NCBI GenBank assembly: GCA_963618275.1
Contig: CAVESC010000002.1
Span: 531 to 64,530, forward strand
DNA: 64,000 nt
DNA from: Bacteroidaceae bacterium
Lineage (GTDB): Bacteria > Bacillota_I > Bacilli_A > Erysipelotrichales > Coprobacillaceae
Reading direction: 5' to 3'
Each line of letters starts with the position of its first letter. Position 1 is the first letter of the stretch. The translations under genes and the position numbers were made by a program. Under the pieces are notes generated by a model. That model saw only the letters and a list, made by a program, of their open reading frames with translations, ran no database searches and was not told where the DNA came from. Below, piece by piece: positions 55,271 through 64,000 of the stretch.

Positions 55271-56263
55271 CTATACTTTAATATAACGTTGATTTTTACT
55301 GTTTGGTTTATCAGGTATTGTCATATGAATAAGATTTTCATTTAATGCTGGACGCAAATAATTTCTTCTAAAACCTTCTTTTGATTTTAAATTTATTTTT
55401 TTCATAAGATCATTGCTGGAATAAGATACATCATATTCCATAACATCAAGTAATTTTTTTATATTAGGATTTATTTGTTCGTTATCTTCATCAACCTGAT
55501 TAGAAATATCATCTAATATTTTATCTATTTGTTCTAACATAAATTCTATAAATAAAGTAGATTCACCTTGTACATGGCAATTAGCTATTGCGCTGTAGTA
55601 TTCATTTTGAAATTTTTCAATTTGGCTTTCAATAGGAATATACTCAAAAATAGGTTTCCATTTAGTTAATATAGCGGTATGCCATAGTCTTGCAATTCTT
55701 CCATTCCCATCACAAAACGGATGAATAAAAACAAATTCATAATGGAATATACAACTTAATATTAATGGATGAACATTATCTTTTTCATTCTGCATCCAAT
55801 TAAATAGATCGTTCATAAGTGACGATACAAGATATGGTGGAGGTGCAATAAAAATACAATTTCCTTGATCATCAAAAACACCTTCATCACTATTACGAAA
55901 CTCTCCTGATATATCAACAACGTATTTTGTCATAATACTATGAAATTTTTTCAAGTCTTCAATACTATAAGGATCTATTTCATTTATTCTTTCATAAGCA
56001 TCAAAAGCATTTTTTACTTCTTGAATTTCTTTTTGTTTACCTAAAACCATTTTACCATTTATAACATCTCTTACTTGTCCAAGCGATAAAGAATTAGCTT
56101 CTATTTTTAAAGAAGAATGAATCGATTTAATACGATTGTTTCTTCGTAAATGTGGTTTTGATTCTAAATTATGGGTTGCTGAAATATTTCCTATTTTTTC
56201 AGAAATAGAAGATACATAGGATAATATTGTATTAGTGATGGTATAAGGTGGTTGATAACTCAT
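55271..56263 (-). CDS. Fic family protein with C-terminal HTH
   Basis: HPFCDGNGRIAR catalytic motif; N-terminal SSLKIEAN resembling the autoinhibitory helix; C-terminal PDKPNSKNQRY. Confidence 0.93.
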   Translation of the reverse strand: MSYQPPYTITNTILSYVSSISEKIGNISATHNLESKPHLRRNNRIKSIHSSLKIEANSLSLGQVRDVINGKMVLGKQKEIQEVKNAFDAYERINEIDPYSIEDLKKFHSIMTKYVVDISGEFRNSDEGVFDDQGNCIFIAPPPYLVSSLMNDLFNWMQNEKDNVHPLILSCIFHYEFVFIHPFCDGNGRIARLWHTAILTKWKPIFEYIPIESQIEKFQNEYYSAIANCHVQGESTLFIEFMLEQIDKILDDISNQVDEDNEQINPNIKKLLDVMEYDVSYSSNDLMKKINLKSKEGFRRNYLRPALNENLIHMTIPDKPNSKNQRYIKV

Positions 56264-56281
56264 TAATCTAACTTCTCCTTT

Positions 56282-56381
56282 TCTTACGTATTATCTTACG
56301 TATTTTATTTCTATATTATACATTATTAAATAATAAAAAACAATTTTATCTTACGTACTATCTTGCGTACTTTCTTACGTA
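56282..56381. repeat. Five TCTTRCGTA direct repeats with 12-bp period (2+3) upstream of fic
   Basis: Copies at 56282, 56294, 56349, 56361, 56373. Confidence 0.85.
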
Positions 56382-56452
56382 TTTTTCTATTTTCTTTTCT
56401 TGAAAATTATTGATTATTGCTTTGTGATATAATCTTATAAAGGAGAAACGTT

Positions 56453-57259
56453 ATGAAACAAAAAGTATTATTTTTTGATATTGATGGAACATTAATATGG
56501 TCTTATGGAGGAATTCAAGAGATTCCTCAAGGTGTACAAAATGAATTAAAAAGATTAAAGGAACAAGGACATAAACTCTTTATTTGTAGTGGACGTCCTA
56601 AAGCGATGTTAGATCAAAAGTGGTGGGATGGTACTTTTGATGGTTATATATTAAATAATGGTGGTTATGTAGAAATTGATGGAAAATCAATTTATGAAAA
56701 TAGAATGGATTATGAGTTATGTTTAAAGACAGCTAATATGTTAGAAGAGCTTCATTGTGATTACATGATTGCGACAGCTAATCATTTATATATTGATCCT
56801 TCTTATAAAGAACTTTATAACTTCTTTGTTCAAAATGGACATTTTGGAGATTTATTTACGACTGAATTTGATCGTGATGATGTTTTAAAAAGAGCCATTA
56901 AAATAGAAGCGAATGTGACAAATAAAGATCGTGAAAAGATTGAAAATTATATTAAAAATGATTTTGGTTACGTCATTAATTTTGATGAACATGGTAGTGA
57001 TAATGCATTTGAATTCTATTCACCTACCATTTCAAAAGCAACAGGTATTCAAAAAGTACTTGATTATTATCATTTAGATCAAGATGCCACATATGCTTTT
57101 GGTGATGGAGAAAACGATTTAGAAATGATTGAATTCTGTCGTGTAGGTGTTGCCATGGGAAATGCTTGTGATGTTTTAAAAGAAAAAGCAAATATTGTTT
57201 GTAAATCTATTGTAGATGATGGATTGGAAGATGTCTTAAAAATACTATTTAGTGAGTAG
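56453..57259 (+). CDS. Cof-type HAD hydrolase
   Basis: FFDIDGTL, CSGR, SKATG, FGDGENDLEM. Confidence 0.93.
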   Translation: MKQKVLFFDIDGTLIWSYGGIQEIPQGVQNELKRLKEQGHKLFICSGRPKAMLDQKWWDGTFDGYILNNGGYVEIDGKSIYENRMDYELCLKTANMLEELHCDYMIATANHLYIDPSYKELYNFFVQNGHFGDLFTTEFDRDDVLKRAIKIEANVTNKDREKIENYIKNDFGYVINFDEHGSDNAFEFYSPTISKATGIQKVLDYYHLDQDATYAFGDGENDLEMIEFCRVGVAMGNACDVLKEKANIVCKSIVDDGLEDVLKILFSE

Positions 57260-57267
57260 GTGAAAAA

Positions 57268-58911
57268 ATGAGTAAAGAATGGTGGAAAAAGGAGATAGCT
57301 TATCAAATTTATCCTAGAAGTTTTAAGGATTCTAATAATGATGGGATTGGAGATATTTGTGGGATTATTGAAAAGCTTGATTATCTTGAAGATTTAGGAG
57401 TGACTTTATTATGGTTATGTCCTATTTATAAATCACCTATGGATGATAATGGATATGATATTTCTGATTATTATGATATTAATCCTGAATTTGGAACTAT
57501 GGCTGATTTAGAAGAATTGATTGAAAAAGCTAAAGCTAAAGGCATTAAGATTATTATGGATCTTGTTATCAATCATAGTTCAGATGAACATGCTTGGTTT
57601 CAAGAAGCTTTAAAAGATCCTCATAGTCCTTATCATGATTATTATATCTTTAAACCATCTAAAGATGGTAAAGAACCAACTAACTGGAGATCAGTCTTTG
57701 GTGGGTCTGTATGGCAAAAGGTTGAAGGAAGAGATGAATATTATTTCCATGCTTTTTCTAAAAAACAACCTGATTTAAATTGGGAAAATCCTAGATTAAG
57801 ACAAGAACTTTATAAAATGATTAATTGGTGGTTAGATAAAGGAATTGCGGGATTTAGAGTAGACGCTATTAACTTTATTAAAAAAGATCAAAGATATTTA
57901 GATGGTCCGGTAGATGGACAAGATGGTTTAAGTTCTTGTTTTGATTTTGCAAGAAATCAACCTGGTATTGAAGTGTTTTTTGATGAATTAAAGAAAGAAA
58001 CTTTTGAAAAGCATAATTGTATGACTGTTGCTGAAGCAGTAGGGGTTCAATATAAGGATTTAGGTATTTTTATTGGTGAACAAGGATGTTTTTCAATGAT
58101 GTTTGATTTTAATTATTGTAATTTTGATATTAGTGAAGATGAAGAATGGTTTAAAAGAAATGATTGGACCGTTAAACAATTTAAAGAATTGTTGTTTACA
58201 AGTCAAAGAGAAGTACAAAAACTTGGATGGATTGCAAGTTTCTTAGAAAATCATGATCAACCTAGAGCAATCGATAAATTTGTCTTAGATAAGAAAAATC
58301 ATAATTATTATTCTAAAACTATGCTTGCTGGGATGTTCTTTAATTTAAGAGGTACACCATTTATCTATCAAGGTGAAGAAATTGGTATGGAAAACTTTGA
58401 AAGAGAAAGCATTGATGAATTTGATGATATTGGAAGTCATGGACAATATCAAAGAGCTTTAGAAGAAGGCTTTACTAAAGAAGAAGCAATGCATTTTCTT
58501 AACCTTAGAAGTAGAGATAATACTAGAACACCAATGCAATGGGATAATAGTGAATACGCTGGATTCAGCAATCATAAACCTTGGTTAAAAATGACAGGTA
58601 GCCAAGATAAAATCAATGTTGAAAACCAATTCAACGATCCAAATTCAATCTATAGTTTCTATAAAAAAATGATTTCTATTAGAAAACAAGAAGATACTCT
58701 TGTTTATGGAGATTTTGAAGAACTATCTACAGTAGATGATGTTATTGGTTATAAACGTACTTATCAAGGTCAAGAAATTATTTGTTTATGTAATTTTACA
58801 AACAACGAACAACCAATCCCTGATATTCAAGGAAACATCTTGTTAGATAACTACAACAACTATAACTCAACAACCTTAAAACCTTATCAATTCGTAATGA
58901 TTAAAAAATAA
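57268..58911 (+). CDS. GH13 alpha-glucosidase / oligo-1,6-glucosidase
   Basis: YQIYPRSF, DLVINH, QPDLNW, GFRVDAI, LENHDQ, RDNTRTPMQW. Confidence 0.93.
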   Translation: MSKEWWKKEIAYQIYPRSFKDSNNDGIGDICGIIEKLDYLEDLGVTLLWLCPIYKSPMDDNGYDISDYYDINPEFGTMADLEELIEKAKAKGIKIIMDLVINHSSDEHAWFQEALKDPHSPYHDYYIFKPSKDGKEPTNWRSVFGGSVWQKVEGRDEYYFHAFSKKQPDLNWENPRLRQELYKMINWWLDKGIAGFRVDAINFIKKDQRYLDGPVDGQDGLSSCFDFARNQPGIEVFFDELKKETFEKHNCMTVAEAVGVQYKDLGIFIGEQGCFSMMFDFNYCNFDISEDEEWFKRNDWTVKQFKELLFTSQREVQKLGWIASFLENHDQPRAIDKFVLDKKNHNYYSKTMLAGMFFNLRGTPFIYQGEEIGMENFERESIDEFDDIGSHGQYQRALEEGFTKEEAMHFLNLRSRDNTRTPMQWDNSEYAGFSNHKPWLKMTGSQDKINVENQFNDPNSIYSFYKKMISIRKQEDTLVYGDFEELSTVDDVIGYKRTYQGQEIICLCNFTNNEQPIPDIQGNILLDNYNNYNSTTLKPYQFVMIKK

Positions 58912-58913
58912 TA

Positions 58914-58948
58914 GAAGCCCTTTAGTGATAAACTAGAGGGCTGTTTGT
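58914..58948 (+). terminator. Intrinsic terminator
   Basis: AGCCCTTTAGT/ACTAGAGGGCT stem followed by GTTTGTT. Confidence 0.65.
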
Positions 58949-59058
58949 TGTAAAAAAAATAGAACCATATATTACTACACGGTCCTTACAAAATATATTA
59001 AATATATTTTTCTATGCATTTTCATTTTAATAATCTATATATTACTTGTCAATGGAAA

Positions 59059-59397
59059 TTAATAGCCTTTTTGTTTTCTAATGTATTCATCTGTTTGTTT
59101 AGTAATACGATAATAAGAATCTAATGCATCTGACCTATATTCTGGACTATCTGGTGTATTTCCAAAATAACTTATATACCATTGATCTACTACCTTTAAA
59201 AACCATTTTGTTTCAGGTAACTGCATTTGTGCAGTTACAAAAGTACCAAAATCTTTTTTAACACCTTTATAAATACCTTTTGATACAATTTCTACACCAC
59301 GTGATTTAAAATACTTATCTATCTTTTGATAACATTCATCTAAATCAATATTATTCTTTTTAGCTTTTTCCTCACTTAAATAGATTTCCATCAACAT
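59059..59397 (-). CDS. Hypothetical protein, paralogue B of 59705..60049 (putative VapD antitoxin)
   Basis: First 27 residues identical to paralogue A (MLMEIYLSEEKAKKNNIDLDECYQKID); adjacent to vapD. Confidence 0.75.
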   Translation of the reverse strand: MLMEIYLSEEKAKKNNIDLDECYQKIDKYFKSRGVEIVSKGIYKGVKKDFGTFVTAQMQLPETKWFLKVVDQWYISYFGNTPDSPEYRSDALDSYYRITKQTDEYIRKQKGY

Positions 59398-59421
59398 CTT
59401 AATTTCCTCTTTTCAAAAAAA

Positions 59422-59736
59422 TCAATCTAAATAATTTTCTTGATAAATATATTTTTTTAAACTAAATTCATCACCTACTATAGTGACATCAAATTCTTTA
59501 ACACAATATTTTAACCATTTAAATAATAATGACATTTCTATAATATGTTGAATAACATATGTCATTGAAATATTATCTATAGAAACATATCCTGAATATT
59601 GTCTATGATTAAAACCGATTTCTAAAAGATAACCTTTTATATCACTCCATGCTTTTTTATAACTTTTTGAAGGGTAATATTTTTGAAGTGCTTGATTACT
59701 TAAATCAAAATTGAGCGCTTTTTTGCTTTCTAACAT
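59422..59736 (-). CDS. vapD: VapD (Cas2-like) nuclease toxin
   Basis: KALNFDL...AWSDIK..L...GFNHRQYSGYVS...WLKYCVKEFDVT pattern. Confidence 0.85.
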   Translation of the reverse strand: MLESKKALNFDLSNQALQKYYPSKSYKKAWSDIKGYLLEIGFNHRQYSGYVSIDNISMTYVIQHIIEMSLLFKWLKYCVKEFDVTIVGDEFSLKKYIYQENYLD

Positions 59737-60049
59737 AATTTCTAACTTGCGCTTTTACTTGATAATATGTTTTTAAAGCATCTTCTCTATATTCTGGACT
59801 ATCTGGTGTATCTCCAAAATAGCTTATATACCATTGATCTACTATTTTTAAAAACCACTTTGTTTGTGGTAATTGCCCTTGAGCAACTACAAATGTTTCA
59901 AAATCCTTTTTTACTCCCTGATAAACTCCTGGTTCTTTTATCTTAACACCACGATTAAGAAAGAAACGATCAATCTTTTGATAACATTCATCTAAATCAA
60001 TATTATTCTTTTTAGCTTTTTCTTCACTTAAATAGATTTCCATTAGCAT
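59705..60049 (-). CDS. Hypothetical protein, paralogue A (putative VapD antitoxin)
   Basis: GAGGTG RBS; 3' end overlaps the vapD start by 32 nt. Confidence 0.75.
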   Translation of the reverse strand: MLMEIYLSEEKAKKNNIDLDECYQKIDRFFLNRGVKIKEPGVYQGVKKDFETFVVAQGQLPQTKWFLKIVDQWYISYFGDTPDSPEYREDALKTYYQVKAQVRNYVRKQKSAQF

Positions 60050-60230
60050 ATATATTCACCTCTTATTTTTACGTACATTAATCTATCAATAGTATATCCC
60101 TTCATTATTATATATGCTAATTTTTTCTATTTTTCTTTTATTATTTTTATCTTACATATTAAAATATTTTTTGTGGTAAAATGATACTATCTCGATATAC
60201 TTAAATTATACTGTATAAGGTGGTGATAAG

Positions 60231-61088
60231 ATGTTTGAACTTGAATATTGTGATAATCCAAAAAAAAAATTTATTAAGAGCAGTGGATTAAAATATGATG
60301 ATTCTATAGCTTTAAAATATGAAAAAGCATGTAATGTACTTGATAATTATATTTACTTAATAGATATGTTTAGAATAATAGAAAGTTGCACAGATGACCT
60401 ATTAAATGTAGAAATTTCGAATAAAGAGTATTGGAAAGTTAATAAAGCATTATTAAATTACGTAAATGCTGTCTATAGCTTTAAGGAATTTACGAATAAC
60501 TTTAATCCATCTATCAAATCTATAACTGAAAATTTTTATAATAACTGTAAGTGGTATCGCTTTGTATGTGACTTTAGAAATAGTGTTATTCATGATTCAG
60601 TTATTAGCACTGACTATGGTATAAATGATGCATACATAATTATTGATAAATTGATTGACATTCAAAAACATAGAACTGTTAAATCTTATCAAGAAAACAA
60701 TAGAAAAAGACAAATACAATATCTTGAAAACATGAAAGCGGATGCCAAATATTGGGATGGAAAATATTTTTACGGAATAAAGAAAATATGTAGATATGCT
60801 TCATCCGAAATCAAAGAAATGAAAGAAGAAGTTTTATTATATTCTTATAATAAGAGTGTTACTAAAAAATTAGAGTGGCTTTTCAGTTTTCTTTATAAAA
60901 TAGATGGTAAAATTAAATACGTATTTATTGTCAATAAAGAAAAAGGACCTAATTGTATATATGAACCTAATTATACACTAGAAAATTTCATAATCAAAAT
61001 AAGAGATACTCTTGGTGAAACATCTGAAATATATATGCTTTTGAAAAAATTCTTTGATAAAAATGAATATATTGAATTTTTTGGGTAA
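60231..61088 (+). CDS. Hypothetical protein with HEPN-like RxxxxH motif
   Basis: Helical protein containing DFRNSVIHD; AAGGTGGTG RBS. Confidence 0.6.
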   Translation: MFELEYCDNPKKKFIKSSGLKYDDSIALKYEKACNVLDNYIYLIDMFRIIESCTDDLLNVEISNKEYWKVNKALLNYVNAVYSFKEFTNNFNPSIKSITENFYNNCKWYRFVCDFRNSVIHDSVISTDYGINDAYIIIDKLIDIQKHRTVKSYQENNRKRQIQYLENMKADAKYWDGKYFYGIKKICRYASSEIKEMKEEVLLYSYNKSVTKKLEWLFSFLYKIDGKIKYVFIVNKEKGPNCIYEPNYTLENFIIKIRDTLGETSEIYMLLKKFFDKNEYIEFFG

Positions 61089-61659
61089 ATCAATAAATTA
61101 TTATTGATGTTGGTAATTATATAGCTTGCTCTAATATAAAAGATAATTTGTGAACTTTACTGTCTTTATATGGATTTGAGTACTGAGCAATAGGTCTTGG
61201 TAACATATTTTCAAAAAAGTAGTATTAACTATGAAGAATAAAAAACATGCATTATAGCTACTCAGCAAAATATCAATTTAAAGGAAAAGGCTAAAACAAC
61301 TTCAAGTTGCAATGATTGATACGTTACAAAGTACTAAGCAACCTGCAAAGAACTTTACAAATTGCACAATCAATTATTTCTTTAATTCTTTTATCAACTG
61401 GATAAGCAATATGCAACAGCAAACTAATATATGCTATGGACGCTTTGTTATGACAAAACGTCTTTCACTTTTCATTGAAAAATATATGCTTAATTAATAA
61501 AAAATATTAAAAAATCTTATCATATATACAATCTAGTTGACCTAATATTAAAAAAATTATTTCTAAATCAAATTTCATATGAGCCCTATCTCATATCTAT
61601 AAAACCTATGATATAATTATTTATATAAATTTAAAAATATTGAAAGGAAAATATATAAT

Positions 61660-62580
61660 ATGTCAGAATGCTTTACTTATTCATTACCTACCAATTTTTA
61701 CAGTCATTTATTTCAATATATTCAACAAAATTCAAGCAAAGATGTATGCTATGCTTTGAGTAAATGTAAATATGATTTCGATGATGTTGGCCTAGCATAT
61801 TATGCAGGATTAAAAGGTGATAATTGGGATAAACATGCAATAGATTTTAGTTTTGAAGGTTCAAAAAAATATATAATCATTTTAAAAAAAAATATAGATT
61901 TGTTACATACTTCTATTAATAAAGCCCTTAAACCTAGTATATCTGGTCTACTTTTAAGAAATATTGATTTTTTTGAAAATGACTTAGAATTATTTTCAAT
62001 TTCAAATAAGGATAGAATAAACATTGATTTAGAAACATCTAATAAAGTGCTCTTGGATATATTCAAGATTGGAAATCAACTATGTTTAAATTCCACATAT
62101 AATTTTGATAGTTCAGAAAATAGTATGAATGATTTTTTTAGAGATATGTTTTTAATGTGCGACTACGAAGAAGTCAAGGATCAAACTCGTCATGGTTTAT
62201 CATCAACAGGAAAAGATGCAGGAGAAGTAGATATTTTATTAACAAAAAATGGAAAAGAAATTGCGATTTTTGAAGGATTAAAATTAAATAATGTAGATAA
62301 AAAATATATTAGCAATCATATAAATAAAGCTATCATTAATTATAATTCTTTAGGAACAGCAACATTTATTGTTTGTTATACATGTACACTTGATTTTGAA
62401 AATTTTTGTGAAAAATTTTTTACATTTTTACAAACATATGAATATCCATTAAAAACTAAAAGTTTATTGAAAAAAACAGCTTATCCAAATGCTTCTACAA
62501 GAGCTGCACAATTAATATTATCAAAGGATGGATATGATTTCCCTGTATATTTTATAGCATTTAAAATATTAAATAAATGA
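61660..62580 (+). CDS. Hypothetical protein with C-terminal PD-(D/E)xK-like nuclease domain
   Basis: E..MND...DQTRHG.S..G...GEVDILL...IAIFEGLKL pattern; AAAGGA RBS. Confidence 0.55.
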   Translation: MSECFTYSLPTNFYSHLFQYIQQNSSKDVCYALSKCKYDFDDVGLAYYAGLKGDNWDKHAIDFSFEGSKKYIIILKKNIDLLHTSINKALKPSISGLLLRNIDFFENDLELFSISNKDRINIDLETSNKVLLDIFKIGNQLCLNSTYNFDSSENSMNDFFRDMFLMCDYEEVKDQTRHGLSSTGKDAGEVDILLTKNGKEIAIFEGLKLNNVDKKYISNHINKAIINYNSLGTATFIVCYTCTLDFENFCEKFFTFLQTYEYPLKTKSLLKKTAYPNASTRAAQLILSKDGYDFPVYFIAFKILNK

Positions 62581-63827
62581 AAAACTTTAGAAAAGAGAGT
62601 AATATGAAAACCTTATATCAAACAATGTCGGATTATTTTAAAAACAATCCTATGGATTGGAATTATTACTTAAATGAATTAGAACTTCCTAAAAATATAA
62701 ATGATTCCAAAGAATTTATATATGATTTTTTCAAATATGGTGGAAAAAGTTATTTAATACATGACATAATTCCAAAATGTAGTCAATTAAGAATCAGTCA
62801 TACATTATCTGTTTTCTTTATTGGCTTACTTATTAAAAACAGTTCGTTTCATGATTTAAAAATTATTGATGATAACCAAAATGAAATTTTTGAATTTAAT
62901 TATCTTTGGTTTTTAGTTTCTTTATTTCATGATATGGGATATGTTCAAGAAGAAGATTGGAAATATAAATTTGAATATAGAAAAAAATCAAATGATTTTA
63001 AAATCATCATGAAAAACCATGACTTTTCTATCAATGCATTTAGAATATACCATAACTATAATACGTACTATGACTTAGGAATTATTTATCCAGCTCCTTG
63101 TTATTTTAGAGTAAATCCTATAATGCCGACATCGAAAGTTTCATTTGTTGAAAATAATACTTATTATACTGATAAAATTATTTTCAATAATGGAACTATA
63201 ATAACCAGAAGTATGTATCCTAAATCTACTATTTTTAATTATTTGGAATATTGCAAAATGAACGAAGATATCAATCATTATGATCATGGAATAGTAGGCG
63301 GTTTATGGTTATATGATAGCTTAGTAAAAAATTATTATTTATCTTATATTTCATTAAATGATGATAATGAAAGTATTAGAAATTTTTGTGTAAATAATCT
63401 TCATTTTAGTATTAATCAATTTCCTGTATTTGCATATTTAGCTGATTGTATTATTTCTCATAACATGTGGTTGGCAACTGACTACAAAACAATAGAATTA
63501 TATAAAAAATGCGGATTAAAACAGTTAATTCCTCCACACGCTCAACCAATACAATTTGATACTAATCCTTTGCTATTTATTTTAGCTCTAGCCGATACAT
63601 TAGAACCTATAAAAACTTGTTGTGATCTTGATTCTAAATTAAATATCGAACCAATAGAAGTCTTGAAGAATATAGAATGTGTATTTAATTATAGATGCAT
63701 ATCATTATTATTTAATAATGAAGGTATATTTGAAAAAATGAAGGAAAAACTTAATGGTTTAGAAAATTGGTTAGCTATTAATATTCAAATATATGAAAAT
63801 GAAAATAAAATTAATATTACATTTTAA
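62577..63827 (+). CDS. HD-domain phosphohydrolase-like protein
   Basis: RISHT...LFHDMGY...DHG...SHN...LADTLE; ATGA overlap with the upstream gene. Confidence 0.75.
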   Translation: MKNFRKESNMKTLYQTMSDYFKNNPMDWNYYLNELELPKNINDSKEFIYDFFKYGGKSYLIHDIIPKCSQLRISHTLSVFFIGLLIKNSSFHDLKIIDDNQNEIFEFNYLWFLVSLFHDMGYVQEEDWKYKFEYRKKSNDFKIIMKNHDFSINAFRIYHNYNTYYDLGIIYPAPCYFRVNPIMPTSKVSFVENNTYYTDKIIFNNGTIITRSMYPKSTIFNYLEYCKMNEDINHYDHGIVGGLWLYDSLVKNYYLSYISLNDDNESIRNFCVNNLHFSINQFPVFAYLADCIISHNMWLATDYKTIELYKKCGLKQLIPPHAQPIQFDTNPLLFILALADTLEPIKTCCDLDSKLNIEPIEVLKNIECVFNYRCISLLFNNEGIFEKMKEKLNGLENWLAINIQIYENENKINITF

Positions 63828-64000
63828 AAAGTTGCTATTTTCTTATTTTTATTATTATTTCACTAGTTTTTTATTTATCTTCACCTTTAACAAAAGGTGA
63901 TTTTTTTTACTTTTGATAGCAATTTTTTAACATTCAAATTTGAAACTGAATATTATGAACTTGAATGTAAGCGTCAAATAAATAAGCGATTATAAATAAT

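Noticed and set aside
59422..59736. Cas2 of a CRISPR-Cas locus
   Set aside because: The sequence fits VapD; no cas1 or CRISPR array is present in the window
61312..61497. 61-aa ORF in the island intergenic region
   Set aside because: No clear RBS or motif; probably spurious or part of a decayed gene
63965..63977. 13-bp sequence (reverse complement TTGACGCTTACAT) identical to the manX promoter region 47012-47024
   Set aside because: Most simply a cre-like site for a gene beyond the window edge; cannot be evaluated here

Overview
AT-rich chromosomal segment from a low-GC Firmicute; gene content is consistent with a gut Erysipelotrichales/Coprobacillaceae-type organism (inference). It holds mostly transport, carbohydrate and regulatory genes: three MATE pumps, five LysR regulators, a feoA-feoB fusion, glgA, an lpdBCD-type (UbiX/UbiD) aromatic acid decarboxylase cluster, PTS systems, GH1/GH13 glycosidases and dpaL. 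The most striking non-coding signal is a ~200-bp element present four times in the same orientation (10264, 14007, 17617, 23153). Read on the minus strand, each copy looks like a promoter with a direct-repeat activator box, a ~115-nt non-coding RNA with C-rich anti-Shine-Dalgarno motifs, and an intrinsic terminator, i.e. a candidate family of sibling sRNAs. One likely target RBS lies right next to copy 4. Other notable items: an MNT-HEPN module flanked by a perfect 29-bp direct repeat with a frameshifted HEPN gene; two inverted group IIC intron 5' fragments; a RAT-like antiterminator leader on a mannose-class PTS; a candidate attenuator upstream of a pnuC-like operon; and a right-end accessory island with duplicated VapD partner genes, a HEPN-motif protein and a nuclease-like plus HD-domain gene pair. 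All calls come from reading the sequence; no searches were run.
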